From contig JBDTNV010000002.1 of the NCBI GenBank assembly GCA_039933555.1, positions 1,520 to 65,519 on the forward strand: 64,000 nucleotides of DNA. The letters run 5' to 3'. Origin of the DNA: Ignavibacteria bacterium. GTDB lineage: Bacteria; Bacteroidota; Ignavibacteria; Tepidaquicellales; OLB5. The notes under the pieces are model-generated. The model did not search any database. It was not told the origin of the DNA and worked only from the letters and a program-made list of their open reading frames with translations. Both the position numbers and the translations under genes were made by a program. Positions 63,890-64,000 of the stretch are shown piece by piece; positions within the stretch are counted from its first letter, which is position 1, and every line of letters begins with the position of its first letter.

Positions 63890-64000
63890 CCGCAATGCAA
63901 CGCATTCTAACACCTCAGGTATTAATTACTAAACTTACCCTTGTTAAAAATTCATTAAAAAATGCATCAAAATCGTCAAATTGCAATCCTTTTTGAGTGA

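Noticed and set aside
1-64000. Search by eye for tRNA, rRNA, tmRNA, transposase, integrase, phage structural genes, toxin-antitoxin pairs and restriction-modification genes
   Set aside because: None were found. All ORFs longer than 120 aa that are not shadow ORFs are accounted for in the feature list. No T-loop-like GGTTCGAATCC-type sequences were noticed in intergenic DNA. A computational scan (tRNAscan-SE, Infernal) is still needed to be certain.

Overview
AT-rich, tightly packed chromosomal segment with about 50 protein genes and no rRNA or tRNA. It looks like an FCB-group Gram-negative bacterium of the Ignavibacteria/Bacteroidota type. Six proteins end in the type IX secretion (T9SS) C-terminal sorting domain (..NYPNPFNP.....KM.L.K). 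A PorU-like C25 sortase gene runs off the left edge. TAnnTTTG -7 promoter boxes recur alongside AGGAG ribosome-binding sites. Most genes are housekeeping or catabolic: a sucD-folB-folK-deoxynucleoside kinase-GT9 string, an amidase, yajQ, an EVE-domain gene, a UvrD-family helicase, a 1247-aa Fe-S flavoprotein, OsmC, a tryptophanase-like lyase, fumarylacetoacetase, lysA, an S9 peptidase, a sortilin/BNR protein, a propeller histidine kinase with a NarL-type regulator, ftcD, hutI and a STAND/SARP-type regulator. I found no CRISPR array, transposase, integrase, phage genes or recognisable defence system, so no single canonical novel system stands out. The best candidates for something undescribed are: (1) a four-helix-bundle (23S-rRNA-IVS-protein/Avd-like) gene enclosed by perfect 24-nt inverted repeats that fill the uvrD-EVE intergenic space; (2) a duplicated divergent module of a T9SS cargo gene and an uncharacterised ~490-aa helical protein, bracketing an 11.8-kb cargo island, with shared promoter architecture and conserved 3' flank elements; (3) an attenuator-like leader in front of porU; (4) two families of stop-codon-proximal hairpin repeats; (5) several unusual proteins (fused NfnAB-like enzyme, SucD with a lysine-rich tail, a 174-aa minimal kinase-like protein, an unknown enzyme-like gene coupled to fahA). 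All functional calls rest on motif recognition by eye. No database search was run.
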